Assembly (NCBI GenBank): GCA_032654565.1
Contig: JAULAX010000018.1
Location: forward strand, 1-64,000
Source of the DNA: Anaeromyxobacteraceae bacterium
GTDB taxonomy: Bacteria > Myxococcota > Myxococcia > Myxococcales > Anaeromyxobacteraceae
Length of the DNA: 64,000 nucleotides
Direction of reading: 5' to 3'
A program made the translations under genes and the position numbers. Of this stretch, positions 37,708 through 47,796 are shown one piece after another. The notes beneath the pieces were generated by a model that was not told the DNA's origin, did not search any database, and was given only the letters and a program-made list of their open reading frames with translations. The first letter of the stretch is position 1, and the number at the start of each line of letters is the position of its first letter.

Positions 37708-38595
37708 ATGAGCACGACGGTGATCGAGTTCGACCGGCGCCCCTCGGTGGCCGGCTACATGCTGCGGGCGCTCTACCCCGGCGCCCTGCGCAAGCCGCCG
37801 CCGTTCCCGCCGCTGCGGGCCCGGTGGAGGACGATGCGGCCCGACCCGGCCCGGCTCGGGCGCTTCCTCGAGCTCACCGGCCTCAACGCCGATCGCGGCC
37901 TGCCGCTGCTCTACCCGCAGGTCGTCACCTTCCCGCTGCAGATGGTGCTCCTCACCCACCCGAGCTTCCCGCTCCCCATCTGGAAGGTGCTGCAGGTCCG
38001 CAACAGCCTGCTGCAGCACCGGCCCCTCCCGGCCGACGCCCTGTTCGACGCCGAGGCCGCGGTGGTGGGGCAGCGCGTCCTGGAGAAGGGGCTGGAGCTG
38101 GACCTCCACGTCGGGCTCTGGACCGGCGGACTCCTGGCCTGGGAGGGGCTGACCACCTACTTCTACCGCGGCCGCTTCGGCCCGGCCGACCCGGCTGGCC
38201 CCACCCTGGCCGCTCCGGCCGGCGGCGGGCCCGAGGTGGCCCGCTGGTGGACCGAGCGCGGCGGCGGTTTCCAGTTCAGCCGCATCTCGGGAGACACCAA
38301 CGGGATCCACTCCTCCAGCGCCTACGCCAGGCTGTTCGGCTTCAAGGGAGCCCTCCACCACCCCCACGCCCTGGTGGGGCGGTGCCTGGCGCGCCTCCCG
38401 GAGCCGGCCTCCTCCACCCAGCGGCTCGATCTCTGGCTCAAGGGGCCGGTCTACTACGGCAGCGACGTGACGCTGGCGTCGCGCGGCGAGGAGGCGGGCG
38501 TGGCCTTCTCGCTCACCGTGGCGGGGAGCGGCCGGCCCGCCTTCCTGGGGCGCCGGTATAGCGTCGAGCCCGGCAGCCGGCTGCTCGGCACCTGA
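37708..38595 (+). CDS. MaoC-like double hot-dog acyl dehydratase
   Basis: LPLLYPQV; FSRISGDTNGIH..ARLFGF hydratase motif. Confidence 0.82.
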   Translation: MSTTVIEFDRRPSVAGYMLRALYPGALRKPPPFPPLRARWRTMRPDPARLGRFLELTGLNADRGLPLLYPQVVTFPLQMVLLTHPSFPLPIWKVLQVRNSLLQHRPLPADALFDAEAAVVGQRVLEKGLELDLHVGLWTGGLLAWEGLTTYFYRGRFGPADPAGPTLAAPAGGGPEVARWWTERGGGFQFSRISGDTNGIHSSSAYARLFGFKGALHHPHALVGRCLARLPEPASSTQRLDLWLKGPVYYGSDVTLASRGEEAGVAFSLTVAGSGRPAFLGRRYSVEPGSRLLGT

Positions 38596-38661
38596 GAGAC
38601 CGTCACCTCCGACGGGCGGGGCGCCGGCCACGCCGGGGCCGAGGGGCCGGCGGGCTGGAGC

Positions 38662-39549
38662 TCACGTCTCGTCGGGGATCTCGCCGGTGTAGAGCCGGGG
38701 CAAGAGCCAGGGCTTGCGGGCCAGGAGCTGCGCGATGGGAGGGTGGATGTCGGATCCCTTCCTGGCCTGGGCCGGGCTCTCGGGCCAGGTGAACGGCAGC
38801 TCCAGGTAGGCGCCCGGCGCCCGGGCCGACTCGAGCAGGCCGAGCAGGGCCCGCAGCACCTCGCGCTGGCCGCCGGCGTCCCCGGGCCGGCCCATGGGGC
38901 GCGACATGGGGTAGGCGATGCCCGCCAGGCGCGGCACCCCGGCGGCGCGCGTGAAGTCGGGGATCATGGAGAGCGACACGGTGGAGATGCCGCTCGCCTC
39001 GAGCACCCGCTGGACCAGTCCCACGGACCGGCAGCAGAAGGGTCAAGTAGGCACGAGCGCGGCCACGTCCACCCCGCGGGACCGCATCTCCCGCGCGATG
39101 GCCGGCGCCGTCTCGTTCTCCAGCACCTCGGGCCGCAGCTGGTAACCCATGATGGAGTAGTGGGTGTCGGCCGCCCGGCCGACGACCCCCTGGCCGGCCA
39201 GCTCGGCGAGCCGCCGCATGGGCAGCACCACGTCGAGGTCCTCCCGGCCGAAGCGCCGGTCGATGTGCAGGTGGTGCAGCTCCACCTCGGCCTCGGTGGC
39301 GCCGAGCGGGATGGTGCGGTAGGTCGGGTCGCCCCACCACGGGTTCCGGCGCTCCCCCTCCTCGTCGAACGGCACGTCGTCGCGGCGGGCCACGCCGGCG
39401 GAGCTGACCAGCGCCACCGTGGAGGCGGCCAGCGGCTTCGCCATGGGCGTCCAGGGGATGCTGCCGGCGCGGGGCTCCTCGCGCCCCACCCAGGCCTTCA
39501 TGATCTGCCGGGTGGCGAAGTCGAGGAAGCGATAGGAGTCGATGGCCAT
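38662..39549 (-). CDS. GrdB/PrdB-like (glycine/betaine/proline reductase selenoprotein B family) protein, Sec at codon 169
   Basis: Two in-frame ORFs joined by TGA at 39043-39045: ALVPT-U-PFCCRSVGLVQRVLEASGISTV; VALVSSAG, GDPTYR, DLDVVLP, GVPR motifs. Confidence 0.9.
39006..39042 (-). promoter_or_regulatory. Bacterial SECIS-like hairpin
   Basis: UGA-11 nt-CCGGUCC GUG GGACUGG (17-nt upper stem-loop) on a lower stem CUGCUG/CAGCGG. Confidence 0.8.
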
Positions 39550-39550
39550 G

Positions 39551-40198
39551 TCAGGTCGACCTCGGGGCCGAACGATAGAGCATCCACCCCACCGCAACGA
39601 ACCAGGTCGCGAACAGGGCCTGCGAGGCGAGCATCAGGGCCGGCCCGATGGCCCAGGGGTAGGAGCCGATCACGTCGAACAGGCCGGTGAGGAAGCCCAG
39701 GGAGGCGATCCTCCTGCCGTGGAGGCCGCGCCGCAGGGCCAGGCTCACCGCGATGGTGGCCACGGCCATCATGATGAGGACCGCGTGCAGCCCCCCGTAG
39801 AACTGCCCCACCACCAGCTCCGCCTCCGCCGGGGTGGCGATGCGCAGGCCGTACACCGGGTAGATGAGACGCCCGTGGACGATGTCGAGCACCAGCAGGA
39901 CCGGGATCGCCGCCGCCATGACGCCACACCCCAGCGCGGCCTTGGCCCGATCGACCGCGGCGAGGCGGAGGTAGAGCGCCACCACGGCTGGGATCAGCAG
40001 GATCCCGGCGACGAAGAGGGCCTCGTTGGCGAAGATCAGGGGCAGCCGGCCCGCCTCGGCCCAGGCCAGGATCGCCACCCCGCTCGAGGGCGGCGGACCC
40101 GCCATGAGATCCAACACGTACCTCGCGACGAAGAGCAGCCCGCTGGCGATGAGCGAGATGCCTCCAAGCCTGTAGAGCCCGTTCACCTGGTGAGTCAT
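39551..40198 (-). CDS. Multi-pass membrane protein (DUF4386-like)
   Basis: AGGAGG RBS; about 6 TM; stop 1 nt before the selenoprotein start. Confidence 0.75.
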   Translation of the reverse strand: MTHQVNGLYRLGGISLIASGLLFVARYVLDLMAGPPPSSGVAILAWAEAGRLPLIFANEALFVAGILLIPAVVALYLRLAAVDRAKAALGCGVMAAAIPVLLVLDIVHGRLIYPVYGLRIATPAEAELVVGQFYGGLHAVLIMMAVATIAVSLALRRGLHGRRIASLGFLTGLFDVIGSYPWAIGPALMLASQALFATWFVAVGWMLYRSAPRST

Positions 40199-40367
40199 GT
40201 GGAGCCCCTCCTGCCGCGGCGCCATAGCATCGCGGCACGGCCGCCGTCCTCCCCGCGGCTGCAAGGCAGGGGAGGGGTCGGCGCAAGCCCGGAGACCGCG
40301 GCCGGTGCCCGCCCATGGTAAAGCCCGGCCGTCACCCGGCCTGGTCAATGGGCGACGTGGAGGCTTC

Positions 40368-41168
40368 ATGGCGGCTCGACTGCAGGACAAGGTCTCGCTC
40401 ATCAGCGGGGCCGCCCGTGGCATCGGCCTCGCCGTGGCCCAGGCCTTCGTCGCCGAGGGCGCGGTGGTGGTGCTGACCGACCTCCGGGACGGGGTGGGTG
40501 AGGCCGCGGCGGCCGGGCTCGGGGCCCGGGCCAGCTACCGGCACCTCGACGTCCGCCAGGAGCGCGACTGGGTCGCCGTGGTCGCGGAGGTCCGCTCCCG
40601 CCACGGCAGGCTGGACGTGCTGGTCAACAACGCCGGCATCACGGGGCTGGAGGGCGGCGGCGTGGCCGGCGACCCCGAGCAGCTCACCCTGGAGCACTGG
40701 CGCGAGGTGATGGCCACCAACCTGGAGGGCGTGATGCTCGGCTGCAAGCACGGCCTCCGCGCCATGCGCCCGGCTGGCCGGGGCTCGATCGTGAACATCT
40801 CGTCACGCTCCGGGCTGGTGGGGATCCCGGGCGCGGCGGCCTACGCCGCCAGCAAGGCGGGGGTGCGCAACCACACCAAGTCGGTCGCGCTCTGGTGCGC
40901 GCAGGAGGGGCTGGCCATCCGCTGCAATTCAGTCCACCCAGCCGCCATCCTCACGTCCATGTGGGAGCCCCTGCTCGGCGACGGCCCGGACCGCCAGGAG
41001 CGCATGCGCGCCCTGGTCGCCGAGACGCCGCTGCGGAGGTTCGGGACGCCGGAGGAGGTGGCGGCCCTCTGTGTCCACCTGGGCGCCGACGAGTCGGCCT
41101 ACACCACTGGCGCGGAGTTCAACGTCGACGGGGGGCTGCTGGCCGGGAGCGCGGCCTCGCCGAGGTAG
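40368..41168 (+). CDS. SDR family oxidoreductase (3-beta/20-beta-HSD-like)
   Basis: [26 protein letters not shown]. Confidence 0.94.
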   Translation: MAARLQDKVSLISGAARGIGLAVAQAFVAEGAVVVLTDLRDGVGEAAAAGLGARASYRHLDVRQERDWVAVVAEVRSRHGRLDVLVNNAGITGLEGGGVAGDPEQLTLEHWREVMATNLEGVMLGCKHGLRAMRPAGRGSIVNISSRSGLVGIPGAAAYAASKAGVRNHTKSVALWCAQEGLAIRCNSVHPAAILTSMWEPLLGDGPDRQERMRALVAETPLRRFGTPEEVAALCVHLGADESAYTTGAEFNVDGGLLAGSAASPR

Positions 41169-41191
41169 GTGCCGGGGAGTTGAGCTCGCGG

Positions 41192-41830
41192 TCAGGTCGC
41201 CTCGGGCCGGGGAGCTGAGGAGCGAGGGAGGGGCTGGACCGGAGGCCGCTCCGTGACCGCCCGCCCGGCCGCCGCCAGCACCGGCGCCGCCAGCGTGTGG
41301 AAGAGGGCGTCCACCTGCTCCGGCGTGTGCGGCCCCCTGGCCTCCAGCGACCAGGTGAGGAGGTCGAAGAAGCCCCCGGCCAGGAAGGCGACGGCGCCGT
41401 CGCGGCGCGGCCCCGCCGGGAGAAGCGGCGCGAGGTCCTCCTTCACCAGCTCGGTCACCAGCCCGTGGAACTTGCGCTGCACGATGTGCCAGCTCCTCTT
41501 CCCGATCAGCGCCTGGAACAGGCGCCGGTGCCCGTGGGCGTGATCGAGCAGGCCGAGGGAGAACCCGAGCGGGCGCGGCGGGTCGCTCCCGGCCTGGAGC
41601 TGCGCCCGCAGGGCTCGGCGCAGGTCCTCGAAGCCGGCGCCGACGACGTCCTCCTTGTCGGCGAAGTGCGTGTAGAAGGTCGACCGGCCCACGTCGGCGC
41701 GCTGGCACAGCTCCCCGATCCCGAAGCCGTCCCAGCCCCGCTCCAGGATGAGCGCGATGAGCGCCTCGGTCAGGGCCCGGCGGGTACGCTGGACCCGCCG
41801 GTCATCGCTCCCCACGCTCCTCGTTCCCAT
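41192..41830 (-). CDS. TetR/AcrR family regulator
   Basis: DRRVQRTRRAL..ELCQRADVGRSTFYTHFADK. Confidence 0.93.
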   Translation of the reverse strand: MGTRSVGSDDRRVQRTRRALTEALIALILERGWDGFGIGELCQRADVGRSTFYTHFADKEDVVGAGFEDLRRALRAQLQAGSDPPRPLGFSLGLLDHAHGHRRLFQALIGKRSWHIVQRKFHGLVTELVKEDLAPLLPAGPRRDGAVAFLAGGFFDLLTWSLEARGPHTPEQVDALFHTLAAPVLAAAGRAVTERPPVQPLPRSSAPRPEAT

Positions 41831-41899
41831 GTGGCAGGTCCCTTCCTGGACAGTCGGCCCCGGCTGTCCGCTACTGGCCACGACCGGGCCCGTTGTGGA

Positions 41900-41942
41900 T
41901 TGCACACCGGACCGCGATCGGTATTCTTGGACATCATGTCCA
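41900..41942 (+). promoter_or_regulatory. Sigma70-like promoter with palindromic candidate TetR operator
   Basis: TTGCAC-N16-TATTCT followed directly by TGGACAT-C-ATGTCCA. Confidence 0.65.
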
Positions 41943-42004
41943 GTAACGATCAAGCCGTCCAGTACAAAGTCCCTCTGGTCAGCGAGGCGGCCCCCGCGGG
42001 CCCC

Positions 42005-43129
42005 ATGCTCGCCGGCCTGGCGCTGCGCATGCTCTTCGACGCCCCGGTCAAGAGCCTGGGCACGCTGCTCGGGGTGGTGGTCTCGGTCTTCCTGATGGCC
42101 CAGCAGGCCTCGCTGCTCACCGGCATCCTGGGGCGGGTCACCTCCTTCGTGACCAGCACCGGCGTGGACGTCTGGGTCACGTCGCTCGCCACCGAGAGCA
42201 CCGACGCCACCGACACCCTCCCGGCCAGCAAGGTGGGGGCGGCGGCCGGCACGCCCGGCGTGGCCTGGGCGGCGCCCATCGTCCAGGGGGTGGGCCGGGT
42301 GACGCGCCCCGACGGCGTCCGCGAGTTCGTCAAGGTGCTGGGGGTGGAGGCGCCGCGCCACGCCGGGCTGCCCCGGAGGCTGGCGTCCGGGACCGCGCCG
42401 GGCGCGCTGCGTGGCCCCGGGCGGATCCTCATCAACCTGAAGGACCGCCCCGCCTTCGCCGGCGCGGAGCCGGGTGACCGGATCGAGATCGAGGGCCAGG
42501 CCACCACGGTGGCCGGCTTCTTCGAGGGGATGGACCCGCACAGCCCGTACTACTACGTCTTCGCCAACCTCGACGACGCGCGGGCGCTCACCGGCTTCCC
42601 CCAGGACCGGGTCACCTTCGTGGCGGTCGGCGCCGCCCCCGGGGAGCGGCTCGACGAGCTGCGGGCGCGGCTCCAGGACAGGTTGCCGGGCGCGCTGGTG
42701 AAGACCAGCGCCGAGCTGAGCGCCATGGAGGAGCGCTACTTCCTGGTCCGGACGCCAGTGGGGCTGGTCTTCGGGATGGGCTCGCTGATCGCGGCCATCA
42801 TCGGGGCCGCCATCGTGGCGGTGACCCTCTACTCGACCGCCATCGACCGGGCCCGCGACTACGGGACGCTCAAGGCGATCGGCGCCAGGCGGCGGGACCT
42901 GCTCTGGCTGCTGCTCACCCAGGCCTGGATCTTCGCCGCCGCCGGCTACCTGGTCGGGATGGCCGGGTTCTTCCTGGTCCGCCACCTGATGCCGGCGCTG
43001 CCGCTGGTGGCGCCGCCGACCCTGGTGCTCGGCGTGGCCGCGGCCGCGCTGGTCTCCTGCACGCTGGCCTCGCTGGCCGCCATCCGGCGGGTCCTGCAGC
43101 TGGACGCGGCGCTGGTCTTCCGGAGCTGA
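42005..43129 (+). CDS. ABC exporter permease (DevC/FtsX-like)
   Basis: LALRML..GVVVSVFLMAQQ; DYGTLKAIGA; start could be 41936. Confidence 0.9.
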   Translation: MLAGLALRMLFDAPVKSLGTLLGVVVSVFLMAQQASLLTGILGRVTSFVTSTGVDVWVTSLATESTDATDTLPASKVGAAAGTPGVAWAAPIVQGVGRVTRPDGVREFVKVLGVEAPRHAGLPRRLASGTAPGALRGPGRILINLKDRPAFAGAEPGDRIEIEGQATTVAGFFEGMDPHSPYYYVFANLDDARALTGFPQDRVTFVAVGAAPGERLDELRARLQDRLPGALVKTSAELSAMEERYFLVRTPVGLVFGMGSLIAAIIGAAIVAVTLYSTAIDRARDYGTLKAIGARRRDLLWLLLTQAWIFAAAGYLVGMAGFFLVRHLMPALPLVAPPTLVLGVAAAALVSCTLASLAAIRRVLQLDAALVFRS

Positions 43130-43134
43130 CCGCC

Positions 43135-43908
43135 ATGCCCTCGACCACCACCTCCCTCATCGCCCTGCAGGGGCGCGGCGTCGGCAAGATCTTCGGCGCC
43201 GGCGACCTGGCCGCGCGGGTGCTCCAGCCGACCGACCTGGAGGTCCGGCGCGGAGAGGTCCTGGTGATCATGGGCCCGTCGGGCAGCGGCAAGACCACCC
43301 TGCTCAGCATCCTCGGCCTGGTCCTCACGCCCACCGAGGGCGAGGTGCTGGTGGAGGGCCGGAGCGTGGCGGCCGCCAGCGCCGACGAGCTGGCGGCCCT
43401 GCGCCGCGACCGGCTCGGCTTCGTCTTCCAGCAGTTCAACCTGCTCCCCAGCCTGAGCGCGCTCGAGAACACCGTGGTCCCGCTGCTGCTGGCGGGGCGG
43501 CGGCGGTCCGAGCGGGTGGAGCGAGCCACCCGGGCGCTGGAGCTGGTGGGGATGGCCGACAAGCGGGACGCCAAGCCGCGGCTCCTCTCCGGAGGCCAGC
43601 AGCAGCGGGTTGCCATCGCCCGCGCCCTGGTCAACGACGCCTCGGTCCTGCTCTGCGACGAACCGACCGCCTCGCTCGACGGCACCACCGGGCGGGCCGT
43701 CCTGGCGTCGCTGCGATCGCTGGCGGAGGGCGGCCGCGCGGTGGTGATCGTGACCCACGACGAGCGGGTGCTCGCCATCGCCGACCGGCTGGTCCAGGTG
43801 GTCGACGGGCGCGTCATCCCCGACGCCGGGCTGGCCCGGACTGGCTCCGCGAGGGCGGACCACGGGGCCGCCAGCCTTCGTCTCGAAGTGAACAGGAGGA
43901 CGCCATGA
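43135..43908 (+). CDS. ABC transporter ATP-binding protein (DevA-like)
   Basis: GPSGSGKTT, LSGGQQQR, LCDEPT, VTHD. Confidence 0.95.
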   Translation: MPSTTTSLIALQGRGVGKIFGAGDLAARVLQPTDLEVRRGEVLVIMGPSGSGKTTLLSILGLVLTPTEGEVLVEGRSVAAASADELAALRRDRLGFVFQQFNLLPSLSALENTVVPLLLAGRRRSERVERATRALELVGMADKRDAKPRLLSGGQQQRVAIARALVNDASVLLCDEPTASLDGTTGRAVLASLRSLAEGGRAVVIVTHDERVLAIADRLVQVVDGRVIPDAGLARTGSARADHGAASLRLEVNRRTP

Positions 43909-45014
43909 GAACAGGTTTCAAGGGTGGTTGGTGGGTGACGGCGCTGGTCCTGGCCGCCTCGGTCGCCGGGTGCGGCCTTCACGACCGGATGCAGGTCGAG
44001 CGAAAGGTCGGCGCCAGGCCGGCGGCCGGTCCGAGCGCGGCGGACCGGGCCCCGGCCCCGGCCTCGGCGGCACGGCCTGGCCAGCCCGGGCTGGAGGCCG
44101 TGGTGGCGCCCGGGATCGTCGAGCCCCGGGGTGGGCAGATCGCGCTGGCGGCTCGGGAGTCGGGCTGGATCGCCGTCCTCGCTGTGGGGGAGGGGGCGCG
44201 AGTCGAAGCCGGCCAGCTCCTGGCGACCCTGGACGACTCGGCCCAGCGGCGCGCCGTCGAGCTGGCCGCCGCCGAGCTGGCGGTGGCCGCGGCCGAGCTC
44301 TCCCGGCTCGAGGCCGGCGCCACGCCCGACGAGCGTCGGCAGGCCCAGGCCGACGCCGACGGGGCGGCCGCCCGGAGCCAGCTGGCCCGGTCCGGCGCGG
44401 ACCGGGCCGAGCGACTTCATCGGCAAGGCATCATCTCCGACGCCGAGGCCGAGCGCGAGGCCGCCGAGGCCCGGGCCCAGGGGGCGCTGGCGGAGCGGGC
44501 CGAGGCTCGCCTGCACGAGGTGCAGGGCGGAGCGCGGGCCGAGGACCGGAGCGCCGCCCGGAGCCGGGTGGCCGCCGCCCGGGCCCGGCTCGGGCTGGCC
44601 GAGGCCGGCCTGGAGCGGCGCCGGGTCTTCGCTCCCGCCGCCGGCACCATCCTGCTGAGCCGCTTCCACGTCGGCGAGCTCTACGACGCCGGGGCGGGTC
44701 CGCTCTTCCTGCTCGGTGACCTGGATCGGCTCCAGGTCCGGCTGGAGGTGGACGAGGTCGACGCCCTCGACGTCGGCCCGGGGAGGCCGTGCAGCCTCCG
44801 CTCGGACGGGGGCGTCCAGCTCGCCGAGGGGACGGTCGAGCGGCTGGCCCCGAAGATGGGGCGGCGGGCCCTCGCCAGCGAGTCGCCGACCTCTCGCGCC
44901 GACGTGCGGGTGCGGGAGGTGTTCGTGGAGGTCACCGGAGCCGGTCCGCTGGTCCCCGGGCAGCGGGTCTGGGGACACACGCCGCGCGCCGGCCCCACCC
45001 TGGCCCGGCAGTGA
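43905..45014 (+). CDS. HlyD/DevB-family periplasmic adaptor
   Basis: APGIVEP, GARVEAGQLLATLD, long coiled coil, APAAGTIL. Confidence 0.9.
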   Translation: MRTGFKGGWWVTALVLAASVAGCGLHDRMQVERKVGARPAAGPSAADRAPAPASAARPGQPGLEAVVAPGIVEPRGGQIALAARESGWIAVLAVGEGARVEAGQLLATLDDSAQRRAVELAAAELAVAAAELSRLEAGATPDERRQAQADADGAAARSQLARSGADRAERLHRQGIISDAEAEREAAEARAQGALAERAEARLHEVQGGARAEDRSAARSRVAAARARLGLAEAGLERRRVFAPAAGTILLSRFHVGELYDAGAGPLFLLGDLDRLQVRLEVDEVDALDVGPGRPCSLRSDGGVQLAEGTVERLAPKMGRRALASESPTSRADVRVREVFVEVTGAGPLVPGQRVWGHTPRAGPTLARQ

Positions 45015-45072
45015 ACCCGCCACGACCCCGGGCAGGCAGCCAGCGGCTCCTCCGTGGTCATGGCCGGGCGGG

Positions 45073-45600
45073 CTACGTCGCCCCACGCCCGCTCGGCCAC
45101 GGGTCGCCGAGCGGCGGGATGCGCACCGGCTCGAAGGCGTGGAAGTGCACCTCGCGAACGGTCCGCAGCCTCCCCCACACCAGGGCGTGGCCGCGCAGGA
45201 ACCGCAGTCGCCGCACGCGCCGATGGAAGCGATCGCGCTCGTCGTCGGTCGCCTCCCGGCGCTCCCCGACGGTGCCGTGGAGCCGGACACCGAGCGGGCG
45301 ACGCGCCTCACCACGCCAGAGGGCCTTGAGCAGCTCCCACCTCCCGCAGTTCAAGGCCATCACGCAGACCCGCTGGTCGCGCTGGAGCCGCCGCGCCAGG
45401 CCCCCCGCGTACTCCTCGAAGTAGAAGCCATGACCTGGCGACTCCAGCACCAGCGAGCCGATGGGCGTGACATGTGGGGCGCCTTCCTCGCCGACGCTCG
45501 CCACGCTGAACTGGAAGTTCGAGGCGAAGCCATCGCGGAAGATGCGGCGGATGACCTGCCAGTCGGCCGAGGTGATCTCCAGGTGCGGTTGCAGGGACAT
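45073..45600 (-). CDS. Pyridoxamine 5'-phosphate oxidase-like FMN-binding protein
   Basis: GGAGG RBS; VASVGEEGAPHVTPIGS; GVRLHG. Confidence 0.8.
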   Translation of the reverse strand: MSLQPHLEITSADWQVIRRIFRDGFASNFQFSVASVGEEGAPHVTPIGSLVLESPGHGFYFEEYAGGLARRLQRDQRVCVMALNCGRWELLKALWRGEARRPLGVRLHGTVGERREATDDERDRFHRRVRRLRFLRGHALVWGRLRTVREVHFHAFEPVRIPPLGDPWPSGRGAT

Positions 45601-45614
45601 CGATCCTCCCCAGG

Positions 45615-46394
45615 TCACGGGCCGCCCACCGCCACCCAGGCGGCGGCGCAGAGCAGCAGCCCGCCGCCCACGCGGCCCAGCCACGGCCCGGCCGAGGTGG
45701 TCTTCTCCAGCACCAGGAAGGCGGTCAGCCCCGCCATCCAGGCGAGGCTCATGACGCCGAAGACGAAGGAGAGGGCCATGAGCGCCCAGCAGCAGCCGGC
45801 GCAGTAGATCCCGTGCCGGGCCCCCATGGTGAAGCCACCCCAGCTCCCCTCCCGCCAGCTGGTGAGGAAGAACGCGAAGGGGGAGCGGCAGTGGGTCATG
45901 CAGGCGTCGCGGAAGGGCGACCACTGGTAGGCCCCGGCGACGGCCAGGAGCGCGCTGGAGAGGTACGGACTGGTCAGCGTCCCCTCTCCGGAGAGCAGCG
46001 CCGACCGCTGCAGGGCCACCTGGCCGGCCGCGGCCAGCAGGCTGTAGGCGACCCAGACGGTGACGTAGCCGAGCAGGAAGCCGCCCACGGCCGGCAGGGG
46101 CGTGACGTCGAGTTCGCGCTGGCGGGCGTTCCGCGACAGGGCCAGGAGCCAGGGGCTCACGATGGGCAGCATCATCGCCACCATCATGATCACCCACATG
46201 GCGGCCGCCGCGCCGAACTCCGCCACCGTCCAGGGCCGTGGGTCCGGCCCGGCCATGCCGCCGTGGCACGCCGCGGGGGCCGCCGCCATGCCGGCCAGGT
46301 GCCACCAGGCCAGGCCGGCCACCAGCAGGAGCCCGGCGAGGAGGATGGCGCGATCCCGGCGGACGTTCGACGCCAGGAGCTCGGCCGGGATCAC
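45615..46394 (-). CDS. DUF2182 predicted metal-binding integral membrane protein
   Basis: MWVIMMVAMMLP, YQWSPFRDACMTHCRSP, YCAGCCWALM, GVMSLAWM, EK. Confidence 0.9.
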   Translation of the reverse strand: MIPAELLASNVRRDRAILLAGLLLVAGLAWWHLAGMAAAPAACHGGMAGPDPRPWTVAEFGAAAAMWVIMMVAMMLPIVSPWLLALSRNARQRELDVTPLPAVGGFLLGYVTVWVAYSLLAAAGQVALQRSALLSGEGTLTSPYLSSALLAVAGAYQWSPFRDACMTHCRSPFAFFLTSWREGSWGGFTMGARHGIYCAGCCWALMALSFVFGVMSLAWMAGLTAFLVLEKTTSAGPWLGRVGGGLLLCAAAWVAVGGP

Positions 46395-47002
46395 GGCGCC
46401 TTCCAGCTGAACTGCGAGGAGAGCGCGTGGGTGCCCTCGGTGGTGAACGGCAGGCGAGCGTCGGTGCAGCGGGTCTTCCCCAGCGCCAGCACCTGGGTGG
46501 GGGCGTGGATCTGGTTGAAGACGTTGGAGAGCACGGCGTCCTGGGACTTGTCCTTGCCGCGGATGGCCTCGATGGAGGTGTCGAACAACCCCTCGGCCCA
46601 CATCCGCTTGGTTCGCCCGGTGTCCTCGAGGTGGATGGGCAGCGCCCGGGTGTCGAGCCGCGTCCCCACGAACCTGCCCAGCACCTGCCAGGGACCGCCG
46701 GCCCGGCCGGAGAGGATGGTCTCGAACGCCTCGCGCTGGCGCAGGTCGGCCCGCTCGTCCACGAACAGCGCGGTGGTCCAGTTCCCGGCGATCATGTGGC
46801 GCGGCGAGTCCCAGAGAATGGCGGCGTTGAGGCCGCCCAGCGGAGTCTCCTCGAAGCGGCCGTCCTCGATGGCCAGGGCCCAGATGCCGAGGCAGCGCTC
46901 CTGGTCGCAGAGCTGCTTGAAGGAGAGGTGGCCGGGGCAGAGGAGCTGGCAGTTGCAGTTCTCGAAGAGCAGCCCCTTGGCCCACCAGGATGGGACGGTC
47001 AT
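46391..47002 (-). CDS. DUF1326 domain protein
   Basis: G..FENCNCQLLCP; VDERAD..QREA...ILSGRAGG; usual partner of DUF2182. Confidence 0.88.
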   Translation of the reverse strand: MTVPSWWAKGLLFENCNCQLLCPGHLSFKQLCDQERCLGIWALAIEDGRFEETPLGGLNAAILWDSPRHMIAGNWTTALFVDERADLRQREAFETILSGRAGGPWQVLGRFVGTRLDTRALPIHLEDTGRTKRMWAEGLFDTSIEAIRGKDKSQDAVLSNVFNQIHAPTQVLALGKTRCTDARLPFTTEGTHALSSQFSWKAP

Positions 47003-47023
47003 GTGCTCGCTCCGCTTCGACGA

Positions 47024-47761
47024 CTAGAACAGCAGGTGAAGCCGGACCGACCCCCAGGCGACGTGCCAGACCAGGTAGTAGGCCAGCCGGAAGGCAAACA
47101 TGGAGAAGAAGTCGTAGCGCTTGAAGAGGAGCAGCTGGAAGAAGTTGACGGCGAGGACCAGGACCCCGACGCAGGCCACCGCCCAGGGCGGGAAGCGGCC
47201 CGAGGAGGCCATGGCGAAGGCCTGGTAGGCCGGCTCCAGCAGCGAGACCAGGAGGATGCTGATCCCGATGGACCGGTCGGTCCCCAGGGCCGGGGAGAAC
47301 TTGGTGAGGAGGAATAGCAGCAGGGTGAGCGGGAGCAGGTGGAACATGACCTCCACCAGGAAGCCGATGGCCGGGTAGAAGAGCAGGGCGGCGGGGAGCG
47401 GGACGTTCATGTCCGCCGGGAAGGCGATGGCGAGGTCGAGCAGGACGGCCGCCGACGCCAGCGCCGTGGCCAGCCAGCCGATGAAGCCGAGCGACCGGAG
47501 GTTCTCGACCTCGAAGATGGCGAACCAGCCCCTGGCGTGGAGCGCCGACAGCAGCACCAGGCCGAGGAGGCCGACCAGGACCATGGCCGCGATCGGGTCG
47601 GCGGCGCCGAGGAAGCGCCGGAAGTGGAGGGGACTTCCCGACTGGACCAGCCAGGTCGCGCCGGCCACGCCAGCCGCCAGGCCGACATAGGCCAGGTGCG
47701 GCCACCTCGGCCGGGCCAGGGGCGGTAGGATGTGGTGGTCGGAGATGGTCGAGGGCATCAT
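47024..47761 (-). CDS. Hypothetical integral membrane protein (CPBP/Abi-like)
   Basis: About 7 TM; VEVMFH; FRLAYYLVWH. Confidence 0.7.
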   Translation of the reverse strand: MMPSTISDHHILPPLARPRWPHLAYVGLAAGVAGATWLVQSGSPLHFRRFLGAADPIAAMVLVGLLGLVLLSALHARGWFAIFEVENLRSLGFIGWLATALASAAVLLDLAIAFPADMNVPLPAALLFYPAIGFLVEVMFHLLPLTLLLFLLTKFSPALGTDRSIGISILLVSLLEPAYQAFAMASSGRFPPWAVACVGVLVLAVNFFQLLLFKRYDFFSMFAFRLAYYLVWHVAWGSVRLHLLF

Positions 47762-47796
47762 CGCCTCCAGGTGGGCGCGGGTCGGGGCCGGGAGGC

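Noticed and set aside
38662..39024. Separate 120-aa gene starting at GTG 39024
   Set aside because: In frame with the upstream ORF across a UGA in a UxxC motif with a SECIS-like hairpin; better explained as one selenoprotein.
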